Below are positions 41,591 through 52,130 of a stretch of DNA of 64,000 nucleotides, one piece after another. How positions within the stretch are numbered: the first letter of the stretch is position 1; each line of letters opens with the position of its first letter. The notes under the pieces were generated by a model. That model worked only from the letters and a program-made list of their open reading frames with translations. It was not told the origin of the DNA and did no database searches. Location: sequence record NC_025447.1. The stretch is one strand, 5' to 3'. Both the position numbers and the translations under genes were made by a program.

Positions 41591-43984
41591 ATGACAACTT
41601 TTACCCCACGTTGGGATATAAAAGCCGATGCTCGATATATACAAGAAGGACAAGACATTCTTGTGCGTTTGAGTATCAATAAAGAAAGCACAACGGATGA
41701 TAGCTATGTATTAAACGAAGATGAATACTTAGAGATGATTCTTAATATACAATGCTTGGATAGTTCAGGTGCTGTATTTGATCCAGAACCACATTATACT
41801 TTTTATGTTGGTAATGACGAAAATAGTTTTATTCCTATTTCAGATGGAACAACTGGTAATAAATTAGTAAATGGTAAGCATAAGTGTAAGATTAGCAAAA
41901 CAGAATTTAACTTATCATCAAGTACTAATACTGAAGATGTTTATTTTATAAAAATTCATTGTAAAAATGACGGAACATATAATAATACTGAAAATATAAA
42001 TTTTTATTTACAAGCAGTAAATGTTATGTATTTTGGGAATATTTCACCAAGTGGAGTTTTAGGATTAACAGATACTTCAATAACATATGATAGTCAGGAA
42101 GTTTGGGTTACACCTGGAGTTGAGATTGGTGATGACAAAAAACTTTATTGTATTGGTGATGTTGAGTATGGTTCAAACAGTACATTGTTTGTTCAAGGGT
42201 TTGGGAGAAGAAGACCTTTTATACTCGGTACTGACATGACTACCGATATTACCCCTCGTGTATTCTTTCCTGCATATCGTTTGATTGACATGGATATATC
42301 TGAAGTTCCAGATAAACATATTACTAATGATTATGCCGTATTTAAACCAGCACAACCAACATGGCCTATTTCTGGCATAAACAAAGAAGTAAAAGTTAAT
42401 ATTCAAAATAGAAATGGTAATTTAATTGATTCAGGTATGGTTTTTAACCCTAATGGACAATTACTACAAACATTTTTATATGATTCAGATGCGTGTGATG
42501 CATATTTCAAAGTTGAAATTGTTGATATATTAAGTACATACACAGAAGAAAGCGAAAGGTTTGCTATCAATCAAAGATATAAGGCATATCAAATGTGGGT
42601 TTGTCCTGAAGATATTGACACTATATATTCTATAGCTGACAAACCACTACCGAATCATTTATATCAATTAAAAGATAACGTTGTATATCCCTATGTGATT
42701 AGTGGTGAGTACGACAATGGGTCAATTAAACCAGTTTATGATAGTAGTGATTGGATTGATTTGGGATATTATGACTCTACTCTTGGTGATAATATCATTG
42801 GTATGCAGAAAATGTTCAGGGTTTTGATTAACGCTGAAGAAGGTAATAATATAAACTTTGTTACTGATAGTGATTTGGGAACTATACATGTTGGTGAATA
42901 TTTTGGAGACAGTACCTATCCTAGAATAGAAACTGATAGTTCAAATCAGGTTTCGTATGTTTTGGATGGTGGTGATGATATTAGGAAGTATGGAATAGAT
43001 TTGACACCTGACGGATATCTTGTTGGAACTGCATATGCCAAAAGTATTGACTTTAGTGAAAACGATGACATTAAACTATCGTTTTATGTTAAAGCATTTA
43101 GTACTGAAGGTGGCGAAGCAAGGAAAATATTTAACCTTAAGATTGTAAGAGGGTTCGGTCAGAATTATTTGAGTGCACATGTACTACCGTCTGTTGCATT
43201 TGAGCGAGAGTGGTTTAAATGTATCAGTACTTCATCATTTACTAATCAACTTTTTTTCCGTCAATCTGATAATAGGTATGGTCTTCAGAAAGTTCCTAGG
43301 ATGTTATTGAAAGAAAACTTTCTAAGTCAAACGTACCCATATACTAATCTTTCGGATATCAAAAAAGTATTACGAAATAGTATCATTAATCCAAATGGCT
43401 CTACTATACCAAATGGAAAATTTAAAATGGTAATGGGTAATTATAAATTGATATCAGCACTTGACAATCAAGGCAATTTGCAATATGATTTATTATATAG
43501 AGAAGTTTTACCTGAAGGTTCTTTAGTATCTGTATCCAAAAATCCTCGTATGTATACTCAAATAGATAATGGTCAGCTTGGTGAACTGTTTGGTCTACGT
43601 CAAAATATCTTTCAAGCTATTGGTGAAGACACAACAAACTTGGTAAAAGATCCAACTGATTTACAAAATCGTGGTCTATACGTTGATGCTATACCAAGTA
43701 TCAGCGATGAAATGCTTGATACCGTTCCAAGATTTATGAATCACCCATACATTGAAGATGGTATACAGAAAAAATTCATGCCTATTATCCCAGTCGCATT
43801 TTGTCAGCCAGGTAAAGGTGAAGCATTTTTCAACACTTTACTTCAGAATAATGAACATGGTACAATGGTAGGTCTAGAGTTTGAAATCACATCTGTCGAA
43901 TTTGGGTACTTTTCACATGAATCAGTAAATTATGTACCAGATACATTTGTGATTACATTGCAAAACAATAACATAGGAGGTTAA
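41591..43984 (+). CDS. putative baseplate wedge / large virion structural protein
   Basis: About 800 aa, beta-rich, late promoter, ATG 41591 after GGAG; INFVTDSDLGTI and PIAFCQPG segments. Confidence 0.55.
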   Translation: MTTFTPRWDIKADARYIQEGQDILVRLSINKESTTDDSYVLNEDEYLEMILNIQCLDSSGAVFDPEPHYTFYVGNDENSFIPISDGTTGNKLVNGKHKCKISKTEFNLSSSTNTEDVYFIKIHCKNDGTYNNTENINFYLQAVNVMYFGNISPSGVLGLTDTSITYDSQEVWVTPGVEIGDDKKLYCIGDVEYGSNSTLFVQGFGRRRPFILGTDMTTDITPRVFFPAYRLIDMDISEVPDKHITNDYAVFKPAQPTWPISGINKEVKVNIQNRNGNLIDSGMVFNPNGQLLQTFLYDSDACDAYFKVEIVDILSTYTEESERFAINQRYKAYQMWVCPEDIDTIYSIADKPLPNHLYQLKDNVVYPYVISGEYDNGSIKPVYDSSDWIDLGYYDSTLGDNIIGMQKMFRVLINAEEGNNINFVTDSDLGTIHVGEYFGDSTYPRIETDSSNQVSYVLDGGDDIRKYGIDLTPDGYLVGTAYAKSIDFSENDDIKLSFYVKAFSTEGGEARKIFNLKIVRGFGQNYLSAHVLPSVAFEREWFKCISTSSFTNQLFFRQSDNRYGLQKVPRMLLKENFLSQTYPYTNLSDIKKVLRNSIINPNGSTIPNGKFKMVMGNYKLISALDNQGNLQYDLLYREVLPEGSLVSVSKNPRMYTQIDNGQLGELFGLRQNIFQAIGEDTTNLVKDPTDLQNRGLYVDAIPSISDEMLDTVPRFMNHPYIEDGIQKKFMPIIPVAFCQPGKGEAFFNTLLQNNEHGTMVGLEFEITSVEFGYFSHESVNYVPDTFVITLQNNNIGG

Positions 43985-43985
43985 T

Positions 43986-44297
43986 ATGTTTAATCCGTTT
44001 TTTGACCCGTCTGGGATGACGGAGAAAGAACTACAGTTGAAAATTAATGAACAGTCAATGCGTATAACTTCAGCCCGTGCCGCTGGTATGAGTGATATGA
44101 TTATTGGTAATATGCAAACTGTGTTAAATCAATGTTATGCTGAACTAGAACTTCGTCAAGGACAAAAAGAAAAATCTGTTTATGATGAAGAAGACTCATG
44201 TATCTTCGACATGGATTCTTATCTAACTGACAATGAAGAGGCCCAGAAAAAGAAAAATGAAAGTACAAGGAAACAGATTTATAAGTCCCAATGGTGA
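43986..44297 (+). CDS. hypothetical protein
   Basis: SD GGAGG, 103 aa. Confidence 0.7.
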   Translation: MFNPFFDPSGMTEKELQLKINEQSMRITSARAAGMSDMIIGNMQTVLNQCYAELELRQGQKEKSVYDEEDSCIFDMDSYLTDNEEAQKKKNESTRKQIYKSQW

Positions 44298-44775
44298 TGT
44301 AAAATGTAATCTTAACGCAGTAGTTTATGCAATCAATTGCGGTGCGGATATCCAGTACTTACAATTGCAGGAAATTGATGAACCTGAAAGGTTGAAATTC
44401 AATGATAACTGTAAAAAATTTGGCTTAGAACAACGTATGCTGGATTATACTATCGAGCATGATAAAAATCATGAACTTTGGCGTTATGATCCAGTATACG
44501 ACAATATAAATCTACGTGACTTTTTCTTACAAAAATGTACATCAGATGAAGCACGAAAGCGTGTTGAGTATGAACTAGATTTATATGAATATTATAATAT
44601 GACAAAGCTATTAAGATGTATGATATGGCTTGTTGATTATATGGAAGAAAATGAGATCTTTTGGGGTCTAGGGCGTGGAAGCTCGGTTGCATCATACTGT
44701 TTGTTTTTGATTGGTCTACACATGGTAGATTCATTGAAATACGAACTCGATGTTAATGAATTTTTGAAATGGTAG
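44257..44775 (+). CDS. dnaE: DNA polymerase III alpha (DnaE) N-part of a split gene
   Basis: RVEYELDL...WGLGRGSSVASYCLFLIGLHMVDSLKYELDVNEFL matches DnaE RLEYEL...GPGRGSAAGSL...VDPLKYDLLFERFL. Confidence 0.85.
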   Translation: MKVQGNRFISPNGDVKCNLNAVVYAINCGADIQYLQLQEIDEPERLKFNDNCKKFGLEQRMLDYTIEHDKNHELWRYDPVYDNINLRDFFLQKCTSDEARKRVEYELDLYEYYNMTKLLRCMIWLVDYMEENEIFWGLGRGSSVASYCLFLIGLHMVDSLKYELDVNEFLKW

Positions 44776-44838
44776 CAAAACATGTGATATAATGTTTATT
44801 GTAGGCTTATATCACACATACAATAAAAGGATTTTGAT

Positions 44839-45183
44839 ATGTCTAAACATACAACTTATCGTGGTACAACAATTGACATGGATATGCTCAAGTACCAAAA
44901 TCAACATCAGGTAGCATTGGGTAATGCTAATCTAAACGCACGTGGTGATAAAATTGGTTCAGGTGGAACAATTATCAAAACTCGTGAAGAGTTGATACAA
45001 GAAAAAGAAAGAGAAATGCAAATTCCTGATTATATCCCTGAACACCAACTTCATAGTACTGAACATAGTTCTGAGGAAGTATGGGATGATGAAAGTTTTG
45101 AAGTTAAGCCCGAAGCACAAGAAGCTGAGGTTTCTGAAGAGAAGAAAGCCCCACGTCGAGCAAAAACTAAAGATCAGGAGTAA
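44839..45183 (+). CDS. hypothetical protein
   Basis: ALGNANLNARGDKIGSGG motif; upstream of groES. Confidence 0.75.
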   Translation: MSKHTTYRGTTIDMDMLKYQNQHQVALGNANLNARGDKIGSGGTIIKTREELIQEKEREMQIPDYIPEHQLHSTEHSSEEVWDDESFEVKPEAQEAEVSEEKKAPRRAKTKDQE

Positions 45184-45191
45184 TGTATTAA

Positions 45192-45518
45192 ATGTCTAAT
45201 AAAGTAATGACTGCATGTAAAGGTAAAGTACTAGTCACTGAACTGGAACATGGTGAACGCAAAACAGCAGGTGGAATCGTTTTAACAAACGATGACGGTA
45301 AAATTAGAGGTATTCGTTCTCGCTGGGCTAAAGTATATTCAGTAGGCGAAGACATTACTGATATTAAAGAAGGTCAATGGATTTTAATTGATCATGGTCG
45401 TTGGTCAAGAACGATTGAGGTTGATGGTATTGAACTAAACCTAGTTGATTACCCTGCCGCTGTTAGTTTAGTATCTGATGAAGACCCACGCACTAAAATG
45501 CTAACCTTTGGACGTTGA
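45192..45518 (+). CDS. groES: co-chaperonin GroES-like
   Basis: KVLV...RKTAGGIVL...KVYSVG...IKEGQWIL. Confidence 0.85.
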   Translation: MSNKVMTACKGKVLVTELEHGERKTAGGIVLTNDDGKIRGIRSRWAKVYSVGEDITDIKEGQWILIDHGRWSRTIEVDGIELNLVDYPAAVSLVSDEDPRTKMLTFGR

Positions 45519-45571
45519 TAAAATATAATTAAAGCTCGGATTAATATCTGGGCTTTTTATTTGGACACATT

Positions 45572-45844
45572 TTGATGATAACGGATGATGGAAAATTTAG
45601 TTTCAAAGATGTAACATTAGTATCAAAAAACGGAAGATTCATGTTTGAAGATAGAAAAAATACAAAATATGTATATGAAGTTTCACATGATATGTTTAAA
45701 GTTTTATTAGTTGCATCGGCCCAAGCTGAAAGTACTGGGATTAAAAATAAGGCAAATTCTTTTAATTTTTTATTAAATCAATTGGAAATGACAGAAGAAC
45801 TTTTCACGGCTTTATTATATAATTCAGCCGATTGGATTCTATAA
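45572..45844 (+). CDS. hypothetical protein
   Basis: 90 aa after a hairpin. Confidence 0.6.
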   Translation: MMITDDGKFSFKDVTLVSKNGRFMFEDRKNTKYVYEVSHDMFKVLLVASAQAESTGIKNKANSFNFLLNQLEMTEELFTALLYNSADWIL

Positions 45845-45867
45845 CACGTACACATAAGGAAATAAAA

Positions 45868-46821
45868 ATGACCACACTATGGACTGAAAAATATCGCCCA
45901 CAATCAATGGAAGATTATGTATCAAAAAATGATGCACTACGCCAGAAAATGGAAGAATGGATTAAAACTGGTGACATTCCACATATTGGGTTTTTTGGCC
46001 CAGCAGGAACTGGTAAAACATCTGCGATCAAAGTACTCATTAATGGATTGGTACAGAATGGACACCTTGACCCAAGTGATGTGACTACGCTTAACATGTC
46101 GGATGAGGGTATTGATGCAGTTCGTGATAAAATCGATGCCGCAGCAAAGCTATCATGTTTTGGTAGGTATCGTATCTTTGTTCTTGAAGAAATGGAGCAG
46201 ATGAACCATAAAGCACAAGGTAGTTTGAAACGTGTAATGGAAGACTATCATGAAAATGCTCGCTTTATTTTAACAAGTAACGAACCACATAAAATTCAAA
46301 AACCTATCATTTCTCGTGTTCAAGTTATTACAATCGAAAAGCATGATATGGAACAATTCATGACTCGAATTTATAATATTCTTCTAGCAGAAGGTGTTGA
46401 TTTGAGTAGTGATGATAGTGTTGAACAAGTTCAAAAGTATATCAATGCTTCCTATCCTGATTTCCGTAAAACACTAAACGTATTGCAAAGTTCAGTTGTT
46501 GATGGTAAGCTAGTAAAACTTGAAGATAGTATTGAAAATTCAGCAGGGTATCGTACTGCAATTGTTGAAGCATTAAAGGCAGGAAACATTCGCCAAATGC
46601 GTGAACAAATTGTACAAAATATCCCTGATGATGAGATGGATGCATTCTTTTCTTATCTGTATCGTAATGCTGAAATGTTCAGTACTGATGAAATTACTCT
46701 TATGAAAATCAAGGTTAAGATTCGTGATGCTGTTGTAAAACAAGCAACTGTATCTGACCGTGAAATGAATCTCAGTGCACTTCTGTGCGAGATTGACCTA
46801 ATTTGTTCGGGGAACATGTAA
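45868..46821 (+). CDS. clamp loader large subunit (T4 gp44 / RFC-like AAA+)
   Basis: WTEKYRP, GPAGTGKTS, VLEEMEQM, FILTSN, SRV, YPDFRK. Confidence 0.93.
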   Translation: MTTLWTEKYRPQSMEDYVSKNDALRQKMEEWIKTGDIPHIGFFGPAGTGKTSAIKVLINGLVQNGHLDPSDVTTLNMSDEGIDAVRDKIDAAAKLSCFGRYRIFVLEEMEQMNHKAQGSLKRVMEDYHENARFILTSNEPHKIQKPIISRVQVITIEKHDMEQFMTRIYNILLAEGVDLSSDDSVEQVQKYINASYPDFRKTLNVLQSSVVDGKLVKLEDSIENSAGYRTAIVEALKAGNIRQMREQIVQNIPDDEMDAFFSYLYRNAEMFSTDEITLMKIKVKIRDAVVKQATVSDREMNLSALLCEIDLICSGNM

Positions 46822-47447
46822 TGAAACCACGTTGTATAGTTTTTGATTGTGATGAAGTTCTATTGGACCATATGGGTATGCTTTCTGAGTTCGTAAAACA
46901 AACTTATAATATCACACCATCAACACCATACCCATTAGAATATGATTTATCCGATTGGTTGGGTGTCCCCCAACAAGAAGTTAAAAAAATTCTTGAACAA
47001 TTCAACCAACAATCATATTTGTTTGGGTTGTTAAAACCAGTCGAACCTAATACAGTTGATATTGTACAAGAGCTACGTGATCGTTTTCATAAAGAAAAAT
47101 TTGTAGTACTAACAAAATGTGGCAAAAAAGGTTATGGAGAAGTTTTACGTAATGTAAACCTAATGCGTGAATTTGGTGAAAACTGTTTTGATGAGATTAT
47201 TATTATTGAAATGAACGAATCAAAGAAACAAGCACTAGAGGATTTACAGTCTAGATATGATGTAAAACTTATGATTGATGATTATATCAATAATATTGAA
47301 ACTGCAATGGGACTTGGTATTCCGTCAGTTATGATGGGATGTTCTCATAATTCAATGTATAAGAACACTGGTAATTTTGAATACATTGAGAATTGGACAG
47401 ATCTTAGATTGAAAATTTATTCAGTACTAGGTAAATATTACAAATAA
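46821..47447 (+). CDS. HAD-family 5'-nucleotidase-like protein
   Basis: VFDCDEVLLD, VLTKC, SKK, MIDDYINN. Confidence 0.8.
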   Translation: MKPRCIVFDCDEVLLDHMGMLSEFVKQTYNITPSTPYPLEYDLSDWLGVPQQEVKKILEQFNQQSYLFGLLKPVEPNTVDIVQELRDRFHKEKFVVLTKCGKKGYGEVLRNVNLMREFGENCFDEIIIIEMNESKKQALEDLQSRYDVKLMIDDYINNIETAMGLGIPSVMMGCSHNSMYKNTGNFEYIENWTDLRLKIYSVLGKYYK

Positions 47448-47545
47448 AACTTTTAAATTGGGGGGTTTGAATCAAACCCCTTTTGTTGTTTTTTAAAAGT
47501 AGTAAATAGTATTATATGTGCTAGTTTTTAAGGATAATATAAAAT

Positions 47546-48109
47546 ATGGACGATTTAGATTATACAGATAATGCTATTCAGCAGTTGTATGATAACAGTG
47601 GTATGTTAGATATACTTCTTGCTGTAGAAAAATATTTCGATGATAATGATTTGTATGCGTATAAAGGAATTATTGAGGGTGAGTTGGTAGAGGGACCAAT
47701 TGTAAGTAAGTATTGGTGTACTGTAACATTTAAATACTATCGTGAAAATTTCCCTGATCCTACAGCATTCTCTATTTTGGAGAAGCATGGTACTAAAGTG
47801 TATGTTAAAGCTGATTATGAAATAACTCCTATCAAAGAACCTAATCGACAAGCTGATATGAAAAGTGTTGCGACACAATCAGGATCGGTACGTATACCAA
47901 AAAATGAAAGAATCCCAGTACTATTGGTTAGAGTGCAGATTCCACGAAACTTAATTAATCCAGAAAGTTTTGATGAATATAAACTAATGGCAGCAGAATT
48001 CAATAGTAATCCAATGAATTCACCAGAAAATTTTGAAGAACCTGTAACTGGTGATGATGTAGATTTGGATGTGGAAGTAACGGATGAGACACAAGAAGGT
48101 GGAATGTAA
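47546..48109 (+). CDS. hypothetical late protein
   Basis: TAAATA at 47503; SD AAGGA. Confidence 0.7.
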   Translation: MDDLDYTDNAIQQLYDNSGMLDILLAVEKYFDDNDLYAYKGIIEGELVEGPIVSKYWCTVTFKYYRENFPDPTAFSILEKHGTKVYVKADYEITPIKEPNRQADMKSVATQSGSVRIPKNERIPVLLVRVQIPRNLINPESFDEYKLMAAEFNSNPMNSPENFEEPVTGDDVDLDVEVTDETQEGGM

Positions 48110-48789
48110 TGAAAAAGAAATTAAATGAACAAGGCTTACGTCCGCAAGTTCTCAAAGATTTGATTCATCCTATAATTAGTGTTGATGAATATACTCCTAA
48201 AATTGAAGATAGTAATATTGTTATTATGTTTCAGGTTCTTAACAATTTTGATGCAGCATATGATTTATCTTCTTTTATTGAAAAATCACCTATTGATGTA
48301 GTTGATACAGAAGCAGCAGAAACACCAAATTTAGATGGTCGATATCAAGTTTATGTGGAAATGGAACGAAATGCTGAATTCCCTGAAAAACTTTTACGTT
48401 TAATTAAAACTATTGAAAATATTTGTCCAGACCCAGGTTGGAAAATACAACTATATGGTGTTAATGACCCAATCGATGTTGATTTTGAAGAAATACAGCA
48501 GAGAATTGATTTGGGCATTCCTAGTTCAATTAGTGAGTTCCTTGATTATGCTGGTGTTTCAGTAATCAAAGAAGGAAACATGTTGACATTAAAAACAGCA
48601 TATGGTAAATTACACTACAGTACTGGAAGCGGTTTTGTTTCAGAAACATATGTGAAAAAGTTATTAAAGAATGATACACAATTAGACACTTCGCGTCTTA
48701 GTTCCATACTAGGGGAAAGCTATACAGTACTACGAAGTGGTGATCAATATGTAATTGGAAGAAACGGGAAATATTTGGTGTTGCGATGA
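48109..48789 (+). CDS. hypothetical late protein
   Basis: TAATG coupling; KLNEQG N-terminus. Confidence 0.7.
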   Translation: MKKKLNEQGLRPQVLKDLIHPIISVDEYTPKIEDSNIVIMFQVLNNFDAAYDLSSFIEKSPIDVVDTEAAETPNLDGRYQVYVEMERNAEFPEKLLRLIKTIENICPDPGWKIQLYGVNDPIDVDFEEIQQRIDLGIPSSISEFLDYAGVSVIKEGNMLTLKTAYGKLHYSTGSGFVSETYVKKLLKNDTQLDTSRLSSILGESYTVLRSGDQYVIGRNGKYLVLR

Positions 48790-49604
48790 GAATTTTAAAT
48801 ATGCTTAAATCTCTTCACGAAACAACCAAATTACATCAGGATGAAAAGTATCGTCGCAGCCTTACTAAAGATTTAGCATGTCGTATGTATATGCGTAGAT
48901 TTGAAATTTCAAGAATTGGTAAAGGCTGGGATGATGTAAATCGTGAAGACATTGATCCAGATGCAATTTTTAAAGCATACATGGCTAGAAAAGTTTTCAT
49001 AAATGAAAAAACTTTTTATATTGATAGTGATAGAGAATTAGAAAATAAATTTACAAAAGGTTTATGGAAGATATGGTGTGTTGAAGTATTCGGTGAAGTA
49101 TTACCTGAGCCACCTGTTCCAGAAACTTATAAAGATTTAAAAAGTATTTTTGATAATGAACATATACATTCAAATTTCTCATTATATGATACTGTGTCAG
49201 AAGCTGTATTTTATGGTGAGTTACATGGTCATAACAAATACTTTGATAGTATGGTTAGTTTTGATTTGTTTTGTCACTTGCCTGGTGTATCAAGTTGGAC
49301 ATGTGACCAACACAGAGCAAGTAAGATTGATAAGCGAAAATTCTCGGCCCAAAGATTTATGCAAGTTGCTATGAGTATGTATAAACTTGATTATCTTGGT
49401 TGTCCAGAACCATATAAACATTTTTGGAAAGAAAGAGCACAAAAATGTTTAAACTATTGTATAATCCGTTTAATGGACACATACATTCTTAAGTTTAGAA
49501 ATGCAACTGTATACGACATGCCTGAACCACCAAAGAATGAAAAATATCCACCTGTCAAGACATTTGTATGGTACAAGGATAAAAGTAACAAAAGGATGCA
49601 CTAA
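48786..49604 (+). CDS. hypothetical protein
   Basis: ATGA overlap, 272 aa. Confidence 0.7.
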   Translation: MRILNMLKSLHETTKLHQDEKYRRSLTKDLACRMYMRRFEISRIGKGWDDVNREDIDPDAIFKAYMARKVFINEKTFYIDSDRELENKFTKGLWKIWCVEVFGEVLPEPPVPETYKDLKSIFDNEHIHSNFSLYDTVSEAVFYGELHGHNKYFDSMVSFDLFCHLPGVSSWTCDQHRASKIDKRKFSAQRFMQVAMSMYKLDYLGCPEPYKHFWKERAQKCLNYCIIRLMDTYILKFRNATVYDMPEPPKNEKYPPVKTFVWYKDKSNKRMH

Positions 49605-49631
49605 GGTGCGTCCTTTTTTTCTTTTCAGGTG

Positions 49632-49660
49632 TTGACATGTGTAGTCGAAGTATGTACAAT
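49632..49660 (+). promoter_or_regulatory. sigma70-type early promoter
   Basis: TTGACA-N17-TACAAT after the terminator AAAAGGATGCAC/GTGCGTCCTTTT. Confidence 0.75.
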
Positions 49661-49701
49661 ATCACCATCGCGTAAATTTTAATTGATTATGAGGTTTTAT
49701 A

Positions 49702-50829
49702 ATGAAAGGTAAATATTTTTTCATTGAAAATGGCAAAGAAGTTGAGATTCAAGAATTTAACTATAATTATGTACTGAACTCTTTATTGAAACAATATGAC
49801 CGTTCATCAAACAAAAAATACATTTATAATGTAATTGTTCGCCGCACCTATGACTCATTGGGTAATCCGTTATTTGATGTAAAAACTCTGTCATTAGATG
49901 AAATCTATTTTGATAATAAACGTCTGAAAGTTCTTGATTTAATGAAGGATAAAATTCATTTTAGTAATATTAGAATTGATCCTAACATGCCAGTACCGCC
50001 ATTAGAGCGTGAATATCGTGAATGGAAAGAAGGTCGTGCCAAACCACGTTTAGACTTGGTACAAACATCACCAGATGTACCTGCACCTATTGTTCTTAAG
50101 AAAAAACCTATCAACCCAGACGATAGCAGAATTGATGACATTGAAAGATGGGTTGAATTCCCTAGTACTATTGAAAAGAATTCAGTAAAAGTACTAGACT
50201 GGTTTGTAAACTTACCAGTTTGTGCACAAGAAATTGGAACTAAGATTCAACAAATTTCAGAACGTCAATTGGATCTTAACTCAGCATTACAACAGCATAG
50301 TGATTATATTAGAATGCTTATGAATAACCTTACTGTTGCGTTGGAAACGTTGTTCCCATTGAAGCCGACCTTTACACAGAAATTGTTTGGTAAAACTGAT
50401 ATCAAAGTGCAACCATCAGATTTGCCAAAAGTGATGAAAGCACTAAATGAAGCAGTTAAATATGACACTAATAAGTTTAGTGGTCTTAGTACGATGTTTT
50501 CAGAACTTAGAAACGAAGTTAATGAAATCAAAAATGAACTTGAATATGGTAAGTTGGGTTGTGAATACGCACTACGTTGTGTGGATGATGCGTTTGAATA
50601 TGAATTAACATTAGAACGTATTATGAAAATGGGAATCACCACCTCCATGACTGAAACGAGCATTATTGCAACAAGTAAGCAATATCAAGTTGATATGAAT
50701 CGTATGGTAGATATTCAAACTATTACTATTCCTTTGATTATCAATCGTTTACAATCACAGACAGGTAAAGCCGTAGATGAGAGTACTGTAGAGATTATTC
50801 GTAATCTGGCATATGGTAACAAAGAGTAA
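49702..50829 (+). CDS. divergent TelA-like coiled-coil protein
   Basis: C-terminal half resembles the neighbouring TelA (RMVDIQTITIPLIINRL vs KFEDLKSVVIPAWKSQL). Confidence 0.45.
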   Translation: MKGKYFFIENGKEVEIQEFNYNYVLNSLLKQYDRSSNKKYIYNVIVRRTYDSLGNPLFDVKTLSLDEIYFDNKRLKVLDLMKDKIHFSNIRIDPNMPVPPLEREYREWKEGRAKPRLDLVQTSPDVPAPIVLKKKPINPDDSRIDDIERWVEFPSTIEKNSVKVLDWFVNLPVCAQEIGTKIQQISERQLDLNSALQQHSDYIRMLMNNLTVALETLFPLKPTFTQKLFGKTDIKVQPSDLPKVMKALNEAVKYDTNKFSGLSTMFSELRNEVNEIKNELEYGKLGCEYALRCVDDAFEYELTLERIMKMGITTSMTETSIIATSKQYQVDMNRMVDIQTITIPLIINRLQSQTGKAVDESTVEIIRNLAYGNKE

Positions 50830-50837
50830 AAAAATAC

Positions 50838-50866
50838 TTGACTATCATACGTGCTGCCCGTATAAT
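50838..50866 (+). promoter_or_regulatory. sigma70-type early promoter
   Basis: TTGACT-N17-TATAAT. Confidence 0.75.
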
Positions 50867-50914
50867 GTTTATCACAGAGCAGCACATCATATTAAATTAA
50901 ACGAGGAATACTAA

Positions 50915-52051
50915 ATGTCCGAGAAAGAAATCAATCCTAAAAAAGCATCCACCGCAGCTAAATCAGCAAAACGTACTACTAAAACTGCGACTAAAGGTCA
51001 TACAATTGATGCAAGTGATATTTTTAACCAAACTACAAAATCACTACCAGTACTGAAAGATGTTAAGGGAAATACTATGTCTCTAACAGTTCAAAACATC
51101 AATACTGTTGGTACAACTGCTGGTGCTGCTGTTGGGCGTTTGGCTGATGAAATTATGTCTAAAGTTAATGTAACGGATGACAATACCGAGTTTGGTAAAT
51201 CAATCACCACAATTCTTACGTTGACTCGTGCAGTTGATATTGATAGTCTTCAAGAAGATAAATCAATTGTTGGTCGTATTAAGAAATTCTTTGTTAATGC
51301 TCAACAGAAAGTAGGTGATCAGTACAAAAACAGTAAAGAGCAAATTGACGAAATTATGAAAACTCTTCAAACTGGTATTAATCGCCAGCACGGAGAATGT
51401 GAATGGCTTGATAAAGCATATAATGAAAACAAAGAATATTTGTTTGAATTGCGTGATACATTAGTTGGTTTAGAAGAAGTGACTAAAACACAAGATGCAT
51501 TATTAGTAGAAATGCAAGCAGACAAAAATGTAGACTCTTTTGCTATTCAAGAGCAAAAGATGATTTGTGAAGCACTTTCTAAACAAGAAGATAAGATTCG
51601 TCGTCTTATCATGATGTGCGAGCTAAGTGGTCCACGTTTGATGAGTATGAAAAAAGTAAACTTAAACACTGTTTCTAAGTTTGAAGATTTAAAATCTGTT
51701 GTTATTCCAGCATGGAAGTCTCAATTGGCTGAACAGTTAATTTCCGAGCGTCAACGTAAGGATAATGAACTAGGCAATCTGATTGATAATGAGACAAACC
51801 GTCTTTTGGAAACTAACTCTAAAATGGTTGCAGCAAATATGTTGGACGCAGCAAAGGCAAACAACCGTGGTATTGTGGATATTAAAACCTTGCGTAATGT
51901 ACATAAAACGATGATTGACAGTATTGAAGCAGTTATTGAAGAAGAGAAAAAAGGTAAATTGGAACGTGAACGTGCTAAACAGGAAATTGCACAACTTTCC
52001 TATGAACTGGAAGACACTCTTCGTGAAATTGCCGAAAAAGCTAACAAGTAA
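50915..52051 (+). CDS. telA: TelA / KlaA toxic anion resistance family protein
   Basis: IVGRIKKFF...QYKNSKEQIDEI...VIPAWKSQL...DNETNRLLETNSKMV...GIVDIKTLRNV. Confidence 0.8.
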   Translation: MSEKEINPKKASTAAKSAKRTTKTATKGHTIDASDIFNQTTKSLPVLKDVKGNTMSLTVQNINTVGTTAGAAVGRLADEIMSKVNVTDDNTEFGKSITTILTLTRAVDIDSLQEDKSIVGRIKKFFVNAQQKVGDQYKNSKEQIDEIMKTLQTGINRQHGECEWLDKAYNENKEYLFELRDTLVGLEEVTKTQDALLVEMQADKNVDSFAIQEQKMICEALSKQEDKIRRLIMMCELSGPRLMSMKKVNLNTVSKFEDLKSVVIPAWKSQLAEQLISERQRKDNELGNLIDNETNRLLETNSKMVAANMLDAAKANNRGIVDIKTLRNVHKTMIDSIEAVIEEEKKGKLERERAKQEIAQLSYELEDTLREIAEKANK

Positions 52052-52054
52052 TAG

Positions 52055-52083
52055 TTGACATATGAGTGCGTTTTTAATATAAT
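52055..52083 (+). promoter_or_regulatory. sigma70-type early promoter
   Basis: TTGACA-N17-TATAAT. Confidence 0.8.
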
Positions 52084-52130
52084 CTTATTGAAAACGCACT
52101 CTTTTTAATGTACAGATAAGGAACTAACTT

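Noticed and set aside
44768-44793. TGATATAAT upstream of ORF 44839 as a member of the GAGACA-N16 class
   Set aside because: Extended -10 is present, but the hexamer 16 nt upstream is GAAATG, so it was not counted
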